Shown here piece by piece: positions 38,439-51,545 of a DNA stretch of 64,000 bases. Every line of letters starts with the position of its first letter. Within the stretch, counting starts at the first letter, position 1. This DNA comes from Azolla caroliniana (lineage: Eukaryota > Plantae > Polypodiophyta). The DNA lies in contig JBHGNT010000008.1 of NCBI GenBank assembly GCA_043228905.1, forward strand, positions 22,196,001-22,260,000. Direction: 5' to 3'. The translations under genes were made by a program, and so were the position numbers. Below the pieces are notes generated by a model. The model had not been told where the DNA came from. It saw only the letters and a list, made by a program, of their open reading frames with translations, and made no database searches.

Positions 38439-39689
38439 TCAGCAGAACTCTCGATTGCCCTGGCTAATACATACGGCGGAGTTGACAATGTCGAAAGTGA
38501 AGACCTTGTGGCGCTGGTGGATGTTCCCCAAGATGGAGTAAGGCAGGTCTGTGGGCTTGAAGCCCAAGCAAAGGCGGGACGCATCATACGGGATGAACAA
38601 GTTGTCGATCTCGTAAGAAACCCCGCCCTCGAAATGGAAGATAATGTCCGGCAAGTACATGGTATCGGGTATCGGCCGCCCCCCGTGGGTCGGGTAGAGG
38701 TAGCAGGTGTCCAGCTGATCTCCGGGCTGCGCGGGCGCTAACGTGAGCTGCTCTCCAACGTATGTTCGCACAACCTGCCGTAGCACCGCGTAGAGCGGCG
38801 CCTCCAGGTTCGTCACCGTGGTCCCCGAGTCGATGAGCATCGGGTGGTTGGCTTGTAGATTGGTGTAGTTGCCGATGGACATGGACGTTATATCGACCAC
38901 ATAGTCATCCTCGTGCTCCGGATCCGAATTCAGCGGGATGCACCCCCGCCTGCCCGGGTAGCGCCCCCGCCCGCCCAAGTAGAGAAAGCCCTCTTCATCA
39001 CTCATGGATGACGGCAAGCAGTAGCTAAAGATGCCGCCGAATCGCGCCCGTGCAATGTTGGGGAAACCGTAGGCTCCCCGGCCAAGCCCGAGGATCCCGT
39101 CATCGTACACATCGGTCACGGTGTTGTTCGGGGCCCAGATCGGGGAGTCGTCGGCCGCGCCAAATGTGAAGGACGAGAGGCGTGTGCTCCCGATCGAGAG
39201 CGCATCTTCGGTTACGTCCACCCACACGCGCTCTCCATCCTGGTAGACCAGCTCAATCTCGCACACGTCCGTCTCGTCGCAGTCGCGCCGGTACGTCTTC
39301 GTCTTCTCCGCCACGTCATCGCACACGGGGGACGTGCACGCGATGCGCGTGGAGCTGCTACAAGTCGTCTCGCCCGGCCCCCCGCACCGCGCCCATGTCA
39401 CATCGCTCCCCGTGTCAATCATCAACGACATGTTCTGGGCGCGGGTCGCATCGGCAACCCGGGACTCTCCCACCCCAACTTGGACCACGTATCCGGAATT
39501 CCTCACCTTGCGTGCTTGAGTCTTTGTCTCATCCGTGGTGGAGTAGACTAGGTGCGGGCGCTTGCGGCTACTCACAATGCTTAGCCGTACGACCTCGGGT
39601 GACGAAGAAGACGATGCAGTGTGGAGGAGGAGGAGGAGGAGTGCCGATAAGAGTAGCATGGTATGGTGGAAGGAGGTGGAGGCCACCAT
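38439..39689 (-). CDS. Secreted pepsin-like (A1, nepenthesin/TAXi-type) aspartic protease, intronless, 416 aa
   Basis: Signal peptide LLLSALLLLLL. Catalytic motifs MIDTGSDVTW and LIDSGTTVT are both present, with flap Y-x-DG, GILGLG, FSYCL and SILGNIHQ..FD. Confidence 0.92.
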   Translation of the reverse strand: MVASTSFHHTMLLLSALLLLLLHTASSSSSPEVVRLSIVSSRKRPHLVYSTTDETKTQARKVRNSGYVVQVGVGESRVADATRAQNMSLMIDTGSDVTWARCGGPGETTCSSSTRIACTSPVCDDVAEKTKTYRRDCDETDVCEIELVYQDGERVWVDVTEDALSIGSTRLSSFTFGAADDSPIWAPNNTVTDVYDDGILGLGRGAYGFPNIARARFGGIFSYCLPSSMSDEEGFLYLGGRGRYPGRRGCIPLNSDPEHEDDYVVDITSMSIGNYTNLQANHPMLIDSGTTVTNLEAPLYAVLRQVVRTYVGEQLTLAPAQPGDQLDTCYLYPTHGGRPIPDTMYLPDIIFHFEGGVSYEIDNLFIPYDASRLCLGFKPTDLPYSILGNIHQRHKVFTFDIVNSAVCISQGNREFC

Positions 39690-40151
39690 GGTGAAGGATG
39701 ATGGGTGGGTAGCTAGTATGCTAAGTGAAGTAAGGTAAGAAAGAGAGAATGAATATTACTAAATACTCTTGCCAAGGTGGTGGGTTGAGTTGGAGTGAGC
39801 TCTCAAATGAGTGGGGTAAGTGAGTGATTGAGTGAGTGAGTGAAGAGTATCTCTAAGTGTGGTGATTTGAGTGAAGTGCTGACTTTGGCTTCCAATTTAT
39901 AGGTGAAACATATTGTAGTGTGGGGCTTTTCTTTGTGAAGCCTTTTTTTTTCGTTGAGAAATTTGGCACTAGCTTTTTTTTTCCACCTTTTTTCTTATGC
40001 GCGTTTTCTCCTATTCCCTTAGTGCATCTCATTTTAATATTTTCCTTTTAAATTATAACTTCTAGCTTAGCTTTTTTTTCCCCGCCTACTACTTATTGTT
40101 ATTCTCAAATCATAGAGTTTGTGATCTCGTTACACTCTAGTTCCTCCGAAA

Positions 40152-40393
40152 ATTTCTTGACCACTTTGTATTTTCTTGGAGTTTAAAGATGTCAATTGAA
40201 TACCGTTCCACTTGTAACTCAGTCCAGGAACAAATATGATCACGTACACACTTCAACGATGAGTGAAATGTCACGGGAGAATTGAACATTTCTTGACCAC
40301 TTGTATTTTCTCGAAGTTTAAGATGTCAACTGAATACCATTCCTCTTGCAACTTGGGCTAGGAACAAATATGATCGATCATGTACACACTTCA
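40152..40393. repeat. Diverged direct repeat (2 x about 105 bp)
   Basis: ATTTCTTGACCACTT..AAGATGTCAA.TGAATACC..AGGAACAAATATGATC..GTACACACTTCA occurs at about 40152 and about 40288. Confidence 0.75.
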
Positions 40394-41379
40394 TAGAGGA
40401 GGGAAATACCACAGGAGGAGAGAATATTGCAGAACATTCATAGTGTTTTAGAAGTATAATGACATGGTAATCACGAGAAATTGCCATTTTCCTAATCCAA
40501 ATGAATACAACTAATTGATCATTGAAAATGTCTTTCATTAAAATGTCCTTGTGTAAAACAATCACGTGATATGTTCACAAAGACTCTTTGGGTAAATCCT
40601 TGATGGAAAACCTGCACACAATTTCATGCTTGTAGAAATTCTTTAGGGAAAATCTTTGTGTAATTTTGCAGTCATGGAAATACTAGGGAAAATCTTTGGG
40701 AAAATGGCTTTGTGTAAAGTCATCGTGTAGAAGCCTTTGTGTAATTGTCTGATGTAAATTCTTCACATTGTCGTTTTATATCATGAAGAGCTTCATGACA
40801 ACATAAAGCCCTCACAAAATCCTTTCATAGAATTTACTGCAAAGCTTGGATTTTCGTGTTGAAGCCTTCATGATGATCCTCATCCAATCCAATCAACAAG
40901 ATCATAGTATCTACAGATTGTCATAATATGTATAGATAAAAATGTTAATTGTGGTTTTATTTCCTTGTAGATTACAATAAGTTGAGAGAGAGAAATAAAT
41001 CAAGATATTATCCTATTACACTAATAATAAACCCTTTCACATAGAGTTGACAGATCAAGATGAGAGATGAATTTGCTTTAAGAGACTATCAAACATAGCA
41101 AGAAATCCTCGGGTCTCGATGTGGTGGGCCTACCTTTTGTTGTCGTAAGACTCCCAATGCACCCTCTTATTTTGCTTTTCCCCAAAATTCTGTTGACAAA
41201 CAAAACCTAGACATTTGATTCCTAAAGCCCCAAAAGCGATCTTATTCACCTCATAAAGTGTTGGCTTGAAGTGCGTTGCACTAATATAAGTGTATCCCTT
41301 CACTTTTGTCAAAGTTTTGTCTCCTTGGTAAAGTTGTATATTGAGGGGTCTAACCACACTATACCCAATGAGTGTTGAA

Positions 41380-42010
41380 CCGATTAAGAGTGGAGCATTA
41401 GATAAGGGCAAACAAATTCATGAGGAGGTTATGTGTAGAGTCTTGCATGATAAAGACGTTTTATTGGGGCCTGCTTTTATCGATATGTATGCCAAATGTG
41501 GTGTGCGTGCTAAGGCACAAGAAGTTCTTGAAGAGCTTCTTACCTGAAATGTCATCTCTTGGAATGCACTACTTGCAAGATATGGCAGTCAAGGGCAATG
41601 TTATGAAGTGTTGTACGGTTTTGAACACATGCAAAGCGAGAGGCTTGCTCTAGATGCAATCACCTTCATTTGTACATTGAAGGCTTGTAGAAGTAGGGTC
41701 ACAACCAATTCATGACAAAATTACATAGTTAATGTAGGGGGATATTGTATTTGGTACCACCTTCATGGATAAGTATGTCAAATGTGGGATGCTTGCACAA
41801 GTAGAGAAAGTGTTCAAAGGCCTCTTGATCGAAATATTGTCCCTTGAAACGTCCTCATTGTTGTGTATACTAAGCATAATCAAGTTCATGAAGCTTTACT
41901 TCCTTCAAGCATCTACAAAATGAGGGCCTTTCCCAAGACATTATCACCTTCATAGGCATCTTGAAGGCTTGTGGTAGCTCAAGAGATATAGAAAAAGGTA
42001 ACAAGATATG
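41380..42010 (+). pseudogene. PLS-class PPR gene fragment with stops and frameshifts
   Basis: GALDKGKQIHEEV..FIDMYAKCG..AQEVLEELLT*NVISWNALL..DAITFICTLKAC, followed by a second degenerate unit MDKYVKCGML..ITFIGILKACG. Confidence 0.8.
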
Positions 42011-45000
42011 CAATGTTCATTGTAATAGTGGACTATTTTGTATATTGCCTCTGGCCACTTTAATTTTAATACCAATAGAGGATATTTTTTATGGAAAAAA
42101 AAGAGTGGTCATTCGAGCACTCTTGGCATGCTAACCTTCTTAACTCTCACTCTCACCTCACTAAAACAATAATCCTAACCAAGACGCTAACATATGCCTT
42201 ATGTAGGCCATTCCAAGGAACTCAATGAGACAGGAACTCAATGTGTCTCAGACTATTATTGTCCCACTCCCTAACAACCCACATCACGAATCCACTCTAT
42301 CGTTTTCCTTAAACCTATCCCTATTTCTTTCGTGGTTTGTCCAAATGGTCAAGAACTTAATGAAACTTCTCACATATTTGTCTATGTACATGTCCATAAG
42401 CCAACCCAATGTGAAATACCTTGTCTCCATCCGAGTCATGCCATTCATCCTTAGGAATGTGGTTAGTTTTAATGTAATCCTTCATACTTCTCGAGTGTCA
42501 TGTTTTTTGGATGGGCCAACTCTACTCTTTTCCTTTTTTCTTTGACCAACACTTCCTAGTTTTGGCATATGGCTTCCACTAGGATGGTCTTTCTTGCTCT
42601 GACTCTTCCCATCTAGTTGCTATCGAGACTCTACTCTAAACATCCTTTACTTAATCTCTCCAAACCTTCCCTTTCTCAAAGCTTTGCAAGACTAATGGCC
42701 AAATATCCAAAGATGTTGCGAGAAAACATTAGTGCATGCGAATGTTGAGTAGGATCACCAAGGCTCTAAATGAGGTAAGGTGACATTGTTGTGGAATTCT
42801 TGCATGAATAGGTAGTCATGTTGTTGTGTATGCACATGTGTGTGTGCTACTCGAGTGGAACCATAAGGGACTTGAACCTAGGAAGACGTTATGCTGAAGA
42901 GAAGGTGTTTGCAATGGTGTCTCCTAATCGCCCTCCGTGCAAACTTCTATGCGTTCAAACCTTGGCTCCATCACACGAGCTCGACCGTATACTTTCCCAC
43001 TATATCCTTCTTCCATTACATTTTCTTGAAATACCCTTCTCCCATTACACTTTCCCAAAATACTGTTTCGTGGATTCGGCCCCCTCGTGGAAATAAAAGG
43101 CCCATCCGTGAAATGAAGTCCCTTTCATGGATTGACGGCCCATTCTTGGAGATAAATTAAGGGTACAATTAGGCTAATCAGTAGACGATAAATTAGCTTT
43201 TGTAAGTTTCAACGAGGGATGCATACATTCAATGACTACATCACCTCTTATTGACGTAGGATCTACACACCCTCTTCTTGCTTCTCGAGCTTTCAATTTT
43301 TGCCTCTCATCCTCATTCACTCGAACCAAGCAAACCCTAAAACCAATCTCATTCTTTTACATAGATTAAGATTAAGAAGCAATTAGGTTTAAAATAGTGT
43401 CAAAAATGGGAAGAAATCCTTGAGTCTTGGTGTGGCTAAGTCACAATTTATTGTCATATATATCCCATGTGCCCTAGTAATTTGATTTTCCGGAAACTTT
43501 ATTCACAAATGAAACATGGGCATTTGATTCCTAAAGCCCTAGGAAGAAGTAGAAGCAACCTTTTTTATCACACAAAAAAGAATAAGAAGAAAAAAACTTC
43601 TCACACACTCTTGTCTCTAAGGAAGGTGGATACGAAGAAAAACCTTGCAATCTCCACAAGGAATAAGAGGAAGTCTACGCGCCACCACAAAGAAGAAGAG
43701 GAAGGAAGGAGGAGGAGAAGAAAAAGCTCCCCATTATAGGGTTGGGTGTTTCCATTTCTTGTCATTTTCTAAACTTAGTGTTTATTATTATTATCATGCA
43801 TTTGGGCCTTGTTATAATTCACCTTTTCCTTTATATTAACCTTAGCATATTTCAAACCCTAGACCTTATTGTTCAAGTGGTTGGCTCTTATCAACTTGAG
43901 TTATGCTTTATTATTGTCTTAATTTTCTCAAAGTTAATTATCACTCCAAACTTGACATTATGGTTCTTTCTTTGTTCATACGCACAAGCAGAAACCTGAA
44001 CTAATGGGGGGAATAAATCAAGCTTAATCCACCAAGTTTAGTTCAAGGGCACCTTTATTGCCTTTCAATTTTTGTAAAATGATTCAAAAACCCCGAATGA
44101 CCCTAATCCTCTCTTTCATAATTTGGATGGATAAAAAATTGTTATTCTTGGCTATAGCGCTATTTGCTATAGAAAATGAGCAACATTGAAATTTGACCAA
44201 AATTGGCTGAAATAGAATTCACAACCGTGTGTGATCTTTGTGTGACTAACAACATGCTTTAACCAATTGAGATAACATACCAAAACATGTTTGCCTTTAC
44301 TTACGATTGATCCAAGTCCTTTGATTTATCACAAAAAAGATATGCACAACTATTGTTCACCCTAGGTGTCAAATGCAACACAACAAAGGAAGGCTTTGGA
44401 CATTTCGTGCTAACCTAACTATAGAAGAAAACAAACTAAAGCCGTATGAGCCATTTAAATTTCATTTAAAATTATCCAATGTTTTATTAAAAGGAATGAA
44501 TAATTGATATGTAATGTTTGTCATTCTATAGAATTGAAAGTCAAAAGGCTTTGGCTGATGCAATCATAACTTGGGTTTAATTTAACGTAAGTTAGAAAGG
44601 GATGCTCCTTAACAGTTGTATACATAGAGGGACTCGTTACGATAGATAGGTGAGATGAAAGAAAGTTACATTCTATCTAGGAAAATAGGCCAACAACCTA
44701 ATAACATGTAGAGTGAGTCATGACGATAAAGACGGCTTGAAATGTGAAGTACTAAAGAGAAGCAAACGAGTTCAGAGGTAGTATTGTACAAATTTTAATA
44801 CATAGGAAGGGCGTCTTACGAACAACCTTTAAAGGGAAGGAGATTACAAGGATGGGAACAATGGAAAGCCAAAAAAAGGGAAGGCACGAGTCGCAATTCG
44901 CAAAGTGCGTGTCTCATGACAAAAGTATAAAACCATACTTGCGGATTCGAAGAGTTGAATTGAATGTAGGCCTTACCTCTTTGTCGTGTGGATAAGGAAG

Positions 45001-45599
45001 GGGGGGAGAGAGTCACATAAAACGAGTGTGAGGTGGCATTTCAATGGGCCATGTTTGTTGGTCTAAAAGCCACAGAGTCTCGAATGTTGGATATGGTAAC
45101 GTGGGGAGGAGGAGGTTGAAGTGGGGGGGTTTGGTGGGTAGCTAGCTGCATGACTCGGTGCAAAAGCAATGGAGGTGACGGGGCTTCGGGGAACTCTGTA
45201 GAGTGCGATACATTGATGGATGGGATGGGTAGGGACCCACCCATTCGGGGGGCTACGCATCTCCTCTAGTTGATGTGTGTGTGTGTCTAATGGAGAAGAG
45301 AGGGAGGAGGCGGACACACGAGGCATCCTCCGTCCGAGATGCCCATCATTACAGAGACAGAGAGATGCTTGCCGGTCCGGACGGATGGGAGGAGGCGGAC
45401 AGTCCGAGATGCCCATGACTTTTGAATGGAGGAACTTTTGTGATTTGTTTTGGATGGAACAAAAAAAAAAGCCATGAACTTTCAACTTGGCATGAAGGCA
45501 AAGGCAAAGGCAAAGGCAGGGCAGAGCAGAACAGGGTATCAGAAATGAATACATACATGAATGAGATGATCCTCCCCCAATCAGAAAACACAGAGAAAG

Positions 45600-45646
45600 A
45601 CAGACAGACGGCAGACAGAGATATAGATAGATAGATAGATAGAGAT

Positions 45647-45696
<50 letters not shown>

Positions 45697-45750
45697 GAGA
45701 CAGAGAGAAGAGAGAGACAGAGAGACAAGACAAGAGAGACAGAGAGAGGA
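45600..45750. repeat. (AGAT)n/(AG)n microsatellite upstream of DGD1
   Basis: Directly visible. Confidence 0.9.
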
Positions 45751-46966
45751 AACTAATTTCCCTTTACAATTTTAGAGGCTGAAATTTAGCCTGTGCTCCC
45801 CAAGTCCATCCATCCATCCATCCATCCATCCATCCATCTCTCCTTCGTTTTGCCATCATCGCCACAACAGCAGCAGCAAACGAGAAAGAAGAAGAAGAAG
45901 AAGAAGAAGCGTTTCGCGGCCGACAGTGTGTGTGTCACTACTATCACCACCACTACTACTTGTTGCTGCTACCACGATCGATTCAGGTTCTGCACCGTTT
46001 CTTTGGCATTTCTTTTAATGAATTCCCCACTTCTCCAAAATCCTTCTTCCTCCCTGTTGATCCGGGGAGGGGGGGGGGGTTCCGGTGATTGTTGGGCGCT
46101 TTCGAATTCCTCCTGCTCTGCGTTTCTTGCCTTCTTCTCTCGTGTGCTCATACTTCGCCCATTTGGGTTTCCTGTGATTCATTCAATGTCGTTTCTATCT
46201 TGTTTTTCTTTTGTTGCGCTTCATTTATTAGAGTTTGAGTTGTCCTCCGTGATCTTCCCGGGCTTTAAAATGATTCGATTCAATCTTTCTGCCGATTGTC
46301 TTAAGGGTGTGATTGGATTGTTCATTGTTTCACAATCATTCTGTTCCACGTTTCTAGGAGGTTTCTCTGATTTTAATTAATATGCCTGTATTTAATAGGG
46401 TTTTGTGTGATCATGTTCCAAGATGATTTTGCTCATTGTGTATTGCTTTTCTCAGGGTTTCTGTGATTGAAGCTCATTGCTAGTATTCTCTGATATTGTT
46501 CAACGCTCCTTGCTTTTCTTTGCTGTAATCCTATCTCATTTTTATGTGTTTCTGAAGCTCTCATGTTTCAGTTCAGTCGTTCTTAGGTTCTCTTTGATCG
46601 GTCAGTGTTTCTGTCCAAGTCTTTCTTGCTTTGGCTAGGGCTTTCTACCTAATCCTACTTCATGTATTTTTGCGCTTCTGCTGTTATTTCTTCAGTGTTT
46701 ATTTGGTTGTTCACCTGTAATTTCCATCCCTTTCTCAGACTTTCCAGTCCCTTTTCAGGTTTCTTGCCGTGATACACTGTCTAATGATGCATGCATGGTC
46801 TTGTCCTACCACTTACCCAACTAATAAAAACAAGGTTTTTTACTCATACTTGGATACAGAATCTCGCCAATCATCGAGTCTACCTTATCTATATCTGAAA
46901 AAGAGAAACTCGCAATGCTTTCTCATTAGGTAAGAGGAAAGGAAATAGAAAGGGAGAAAGCAGAAC

Positions 46967-49900
46967 ATGGCTCCATGGGGAGCGGACTCAGAGGTTCGTC
47001 CTGTGACAGCAGAAAACGCCATCTCCTTCATCTCAAAGAGTTGGCTTGATGTCCGTAAAAGTGCTGATGAAGATATCAAGAGAATGAGAGCAAGGGCGAA
47101 ATCATTCACCGATCTAGCCTATTCATTTGACAAAGAGCTTGAGAACCTCAGGAAAGCATCTCTTAATTTAGGCTCAGAAAGCAATGTTGTCCCTGGAAGC
47201 CTTGCCAGCACTGTGCGAAATGGTGGTGGTCTTTATACTGCCCTCAATAGCTCAAAATTTGAAGACTTGGAATTCTTTGTGAAGCCATTATCTCAGTTTC
47301 GGCGCACTCAATCCAATCCAAATCTGGCCAATCAACAAAAGCAGTTGACGGGACATATGGCAGGGTCTCAACCCAAGGCTGATTTATCTCTGTTGCAGCG
47401 AGCATTTATCCCTCGTGTTAATGATGAAGATTTTTATTTGAAAGGCTCTGATGGCATGAAAACACAACGAGCTGCTAAGAACCGAATCGTGCCCTATGGT
47501 AAGGATGGATTTAAAAGTGACAAGGGGTTCAAGGAGACAAAACCTCCTTCCGAAGAATGGGAGCCCTTGAGAAAGATGAAAGAGAGCTGGAGAGATTTAG
47601 AGTCAAGTGCAAGTAATAGTAAATCTCCATCTGAGTTTTTTGACAACCTAAAGAAGACCCAACTGTTCGAAAATGTGAAAAAGAATTTGGTATGGTTAAT
47701 CCATCTTATGCATTTATCCACTTCCAGCAACATGTATTGGAGATTGTTTATGTTTATTTATCCTGATGCTTGCAGAGACTATCGCCATCAACTTTTGAAG
47801 ATGGAAAGGTATGCACAGTTTTCCAAATCTTATTCATAGTTATGTTTCCATTAGAATTTTGGAAACCAACACTTTTGTGTTTAACAGACATGTTTAGTTT
47901 GTAAAATTAATTTTTTTTCCTTTGGTTTGTTAAGCCTCTTTTCTAAGACTTCTCTCTATTGTTTAGGATGTTGCACCCTTAGATGTGCCTGAACTTTTGG
48001 CGTATCTTGTACGGCAATCTGAACCGCTTCTGGATCAGTTTGGTGTGAAAAAAGGTATTTCATACATACATGCAGAAAGAATATGATATTCATGTCATCT
48101 GGAGCAATCAATGGGTTGAAACTGATATTGGTCAATCCATTATCCATTATCCATTACGTAATGCGTCCAGGTTGAGGGTACCAAAGTGCACAAAAAAAAA
48201 CCATAACATGAATGTAACATCATTATTAACTAAGGGGACACTGGTGGTGTTTTCTTTGGTTTTGCAGTCTGCTGTAACGATTGCTTCACTCTCTTGTCCA
48301 AACTATCCACTTGCCACGCTTTCATGCTTCTTTGTCTATGTGCAACAATCTCCATTTCTTTCCTCCTAGTTCTTCAGTTATGGGGTGATAGTTCATCCAC
48401 ACAGCCCTAGTGTTACAAAACTAGTACCAATGTGGCATTCCCAGTTGTTTTCCCACTGGTACCGCTTTCACCCCACTCTCTTCAGACACTTATCCATCTT
48501 GTCCTGCATAATGAAGCTCACCTCGTCTTCACTTGTATATCTATAGGATCTACCTGAAAGGTGCTTATCGCACATTCAATGAAGTTCAAACTTTTTAAAA
48601 AATTGAATGATTATCTATGTTACAGTTATTATGTTGACCTAATGTCATCATTTGATACTTGGTCTTTTTTTTACATGTTCCACATTTTGACCCTACAAAC
48701 TTTCATAAGCTAACTCTGAAACTCAATTTTCCACTGTACCCATTTCACCATTTTTGTTTGCTCCACAAATTGCTTGGAAGTTGAGGATCCTCTGCAGAAA
48801 CTGCAGAGGATTCGTTTTTTTACAGATCTCATTGGAGAGGGAAATTCTGTCAGTGTGATCTTGGGAAATGACCTTTTTGTCTTTTCCCAATCAAGATTCA
48901 TTTGCTATTTTAGCTATAATCGATTTGCTCTACAGGCTGTGCATCATGCTGTTCCAAGGATTCTGGAATCTCTATTTATGTTGCATGGTTATTGTGCACA
49001 CCTAGGTGTTGAAGAAAATAGAAGCTTTCTAATAGACAGATACCTCCTGTTCATAGTTGACCGTCCAATTTTTGTAGAGAGCCACAGCATGTGGGAGTAG
49101 GGTGATAATGGTTAGTAGCCGATGTGTACTAATGTGTACACTCATGCTCACTGTATATTACAGTTTCTTGTTCGATCTTATGAGTGTATATTAACTTTAT
49201 TCTTTACTGTTTTTTCTTCCATACACAGATGTTGCAGAAAAAGTATGTGATATGCTACAGAAATACAAATGTAAAGACCAGTTATGCTCCTTTAATTCTA
49301 CAGTAAATCTTGATAACCAGCTTGCAGCTAAAGACTCACCAAAGGCAGCCGATGAGTTAGATTTAAGGATATCTAGTGTAGTGCAGAGCACAGGCTATCA
49401 ATATAAGGGTGGATTATGGGGTGAACAGACATTAAAGGATGGAGAAGAACAGGGAGTTCGAAATGTGGCAATTGTAACAACAGCCAGCTTACCATGGATG
49501 ACAGGAACTGCGATAAATCCTCTTTTTCGTGCAGCATATCTAGCAAAGAACGGGAAACAGGCTGTAACCTTGCTCATTCCATGGTTGTGCAAGGATGACC
49601 AAGGTCTTCTATACCCAAACAATATGTGCTTTGATTCACCAGAGGAACAAGAAGCATATATTCGCAACTGGCTTGAGGCAAGAGTAGGATTCAAATCTAA
49701 TTTCAAGCTGGTTTTTTACCCTGGAAAGGTGCACTGCCAGCTGGAACTTTCCCATGCAATTTAAAAACGTTTACACTTGAATATTGTGTTGTTAAATTTA
49801 TTTTTTTCATGGCAGCATTTTGTGCAATGAATACTTCAAATCCATTGTACATCAACTTTTGTTATTTTTTGTGATTGTAGTTCTCTCAAGAAAAAAGAAG

Positions 49901-51221
49901 CATCCTAGTTGCTGGAGATATATCTCGTTTCATTCCTGACAAGGAAGCTGACATTGCAGTTCTAGAAGAGCCAGAGCATCTAAATTGGTACTATCATGGC
50001 AAACGTTGGACTGATAAGTTTCAATATGTTGTTGGCGTCGTGCATACAAACTACTTAGAGTATGTCAAACGGGAAAAAAATGGTGCCATCCAGGCCTTCT
50101 TGCTGGAGCATGTCAATAATTGGGTAACTAGGATATACTGCAACAAAGTGAGTTGGGAACACTGGTGATGAGTTTCTCTATGTAATAATGAATAATATCA
50201 TGGTTCCAATAATAATTGTGATGGAATGCTTGTAGGTTTTGAGGTTGTCTGCTGCTACTCAAGAACTTCCAAAATCAACTGTTTGTAATGTCCATGGAGT
50301 GAGTCCAAGATTTCTTGATATCGGTCAAAAATTCTCTGCACTGGAAGAACCTGGGATGGCCAATTTTTCCAAGGGTGCCTACTTTCTTGGAAAGATGGTG
50401 TGGGGAAAAGGTTATAGGGAATTGATTGACCTCTTAGGGAAGCATAAACTAGATTTGAATAATCTTAGCATGGACATCTATGGCAGTGGAGAGGACTCCA
50501 AAGAAGTAAGAGCAGAAGCAGAAAAGCTTGGTTTGAGTCTCAAGTTCCATCAGGGAAGAGATCATGCAGATTCATCACTCCATGAGTAAGTTCACATTCT
50601 TGTTTCAGCTTGAATCAACTAACTTACATGGATTTATAGATATTTTCTATTTGTATGTGTTCATTTGTGATGTGATCCTATTTTGGCAGATACAAGGTCT
50701 TTATTAATCCAAGCATTAGTGATGTTGTTTGCACCACTACGGCAGAAGCGCTTGCAATGGGGAAGATTGTTGTTTGTGCTGACCATCCTTCAAATGAGTT
50801 TTTCCGTCCTTTTCCTAACTGTCTCATGTACAAGACTTCAGAGGAATTTGTTGAAAAAGTAAATCAAGCAATGGAATCCAATCCATTACCCTTGTCAGCT
50901 GAACAACGGTATTTACTATCTTGGGAGGCAGCAACTGATCGTTTTATTGAGTATGCAGAGCTAGACCGGCCCTTCACAAAAGATAAAAGATCATTGCAAG
51001 GTGATTCTCAGAAGACAGATATGGTCTCATCTTTCTCGCTGCCAAACCTGTCAGATCTGGTTGATAATGGGGTTGCGTTTGCACACTACTGTGCATCGGG
51101 AAATGAAGCTGCAAGGCTGATTTCAGGTGCATTACCAGGCACAATGAATTATAGTTCTCAACACAGTAAAGATCTCCATCTTCTGCCTCCTGTAGTTGAG
51201 AATCCAGTTTATGGGTGGTAG
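46967..51221 (+). CDS. DGD1: Digalactosyldiacylglycerol synthase 1 (chloroplast); exons 46967-47689, 47776-47808, 47967-48054, 49229-49728, 49881-50147, 50236-50585, 50690-51221
   Basis: DGD1-type N-terminal extension ([19 protein letters not shown]; [18 protein letters not shown]). GT4 core motifs [57 protein letters not shown] and TAEALAMGK, ending PVYGW*. Confidence 0.96.
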
Positions 51222-51335
51222 TTTAGGGTATTTTTTATGTACTGCAAGCTATACAAGTAAGTCCTCTACTCTAGAGTTATATGATGTCATCTCTTGAGAA
51301 ATATTCGTCAAGTTGTGAAGAGATCCGAATATTAG

Positions 51336-51545
51336 TAAGGTATGTTCATGAATGCTAAATTTTAACGACAAGGCAGGGAAATGCCTTATAGTTTGGGTGG
51401 TTCTTATGCTCCAAGCAGCATTCTTTTTCTATTGTATACATAAGGTATGTTCATGAATGCCAAATTTTAACGACAAGGCAGGGAAGTGCCTAATATTTAG
51501 GGTGGTTCTTATGCTCCAAGCAGCATTCTTTTTCTATTGTACACA
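51336..51545. repeat. Tandem duplication, 2 x 105 bp, in the DGD1 3' region
   Basis: TAAGGTATGTTCATGAATGC...TTCTATTGTA starts at 51336 and again at 51441, with few mismatches. Confidence 0.9.

Noticed and set aside
39182-39694. 170-aa ORF antisense to the aspartic protease
   Set aside because: It is a shadow ORF expected in GC-rich coding sequence.
45063-46380. Long ORFs of 221 and 195 aa
   Set aside because: They are low-complexity products of microsatellites in the DGD1 promoter, 5' UTR and intron.
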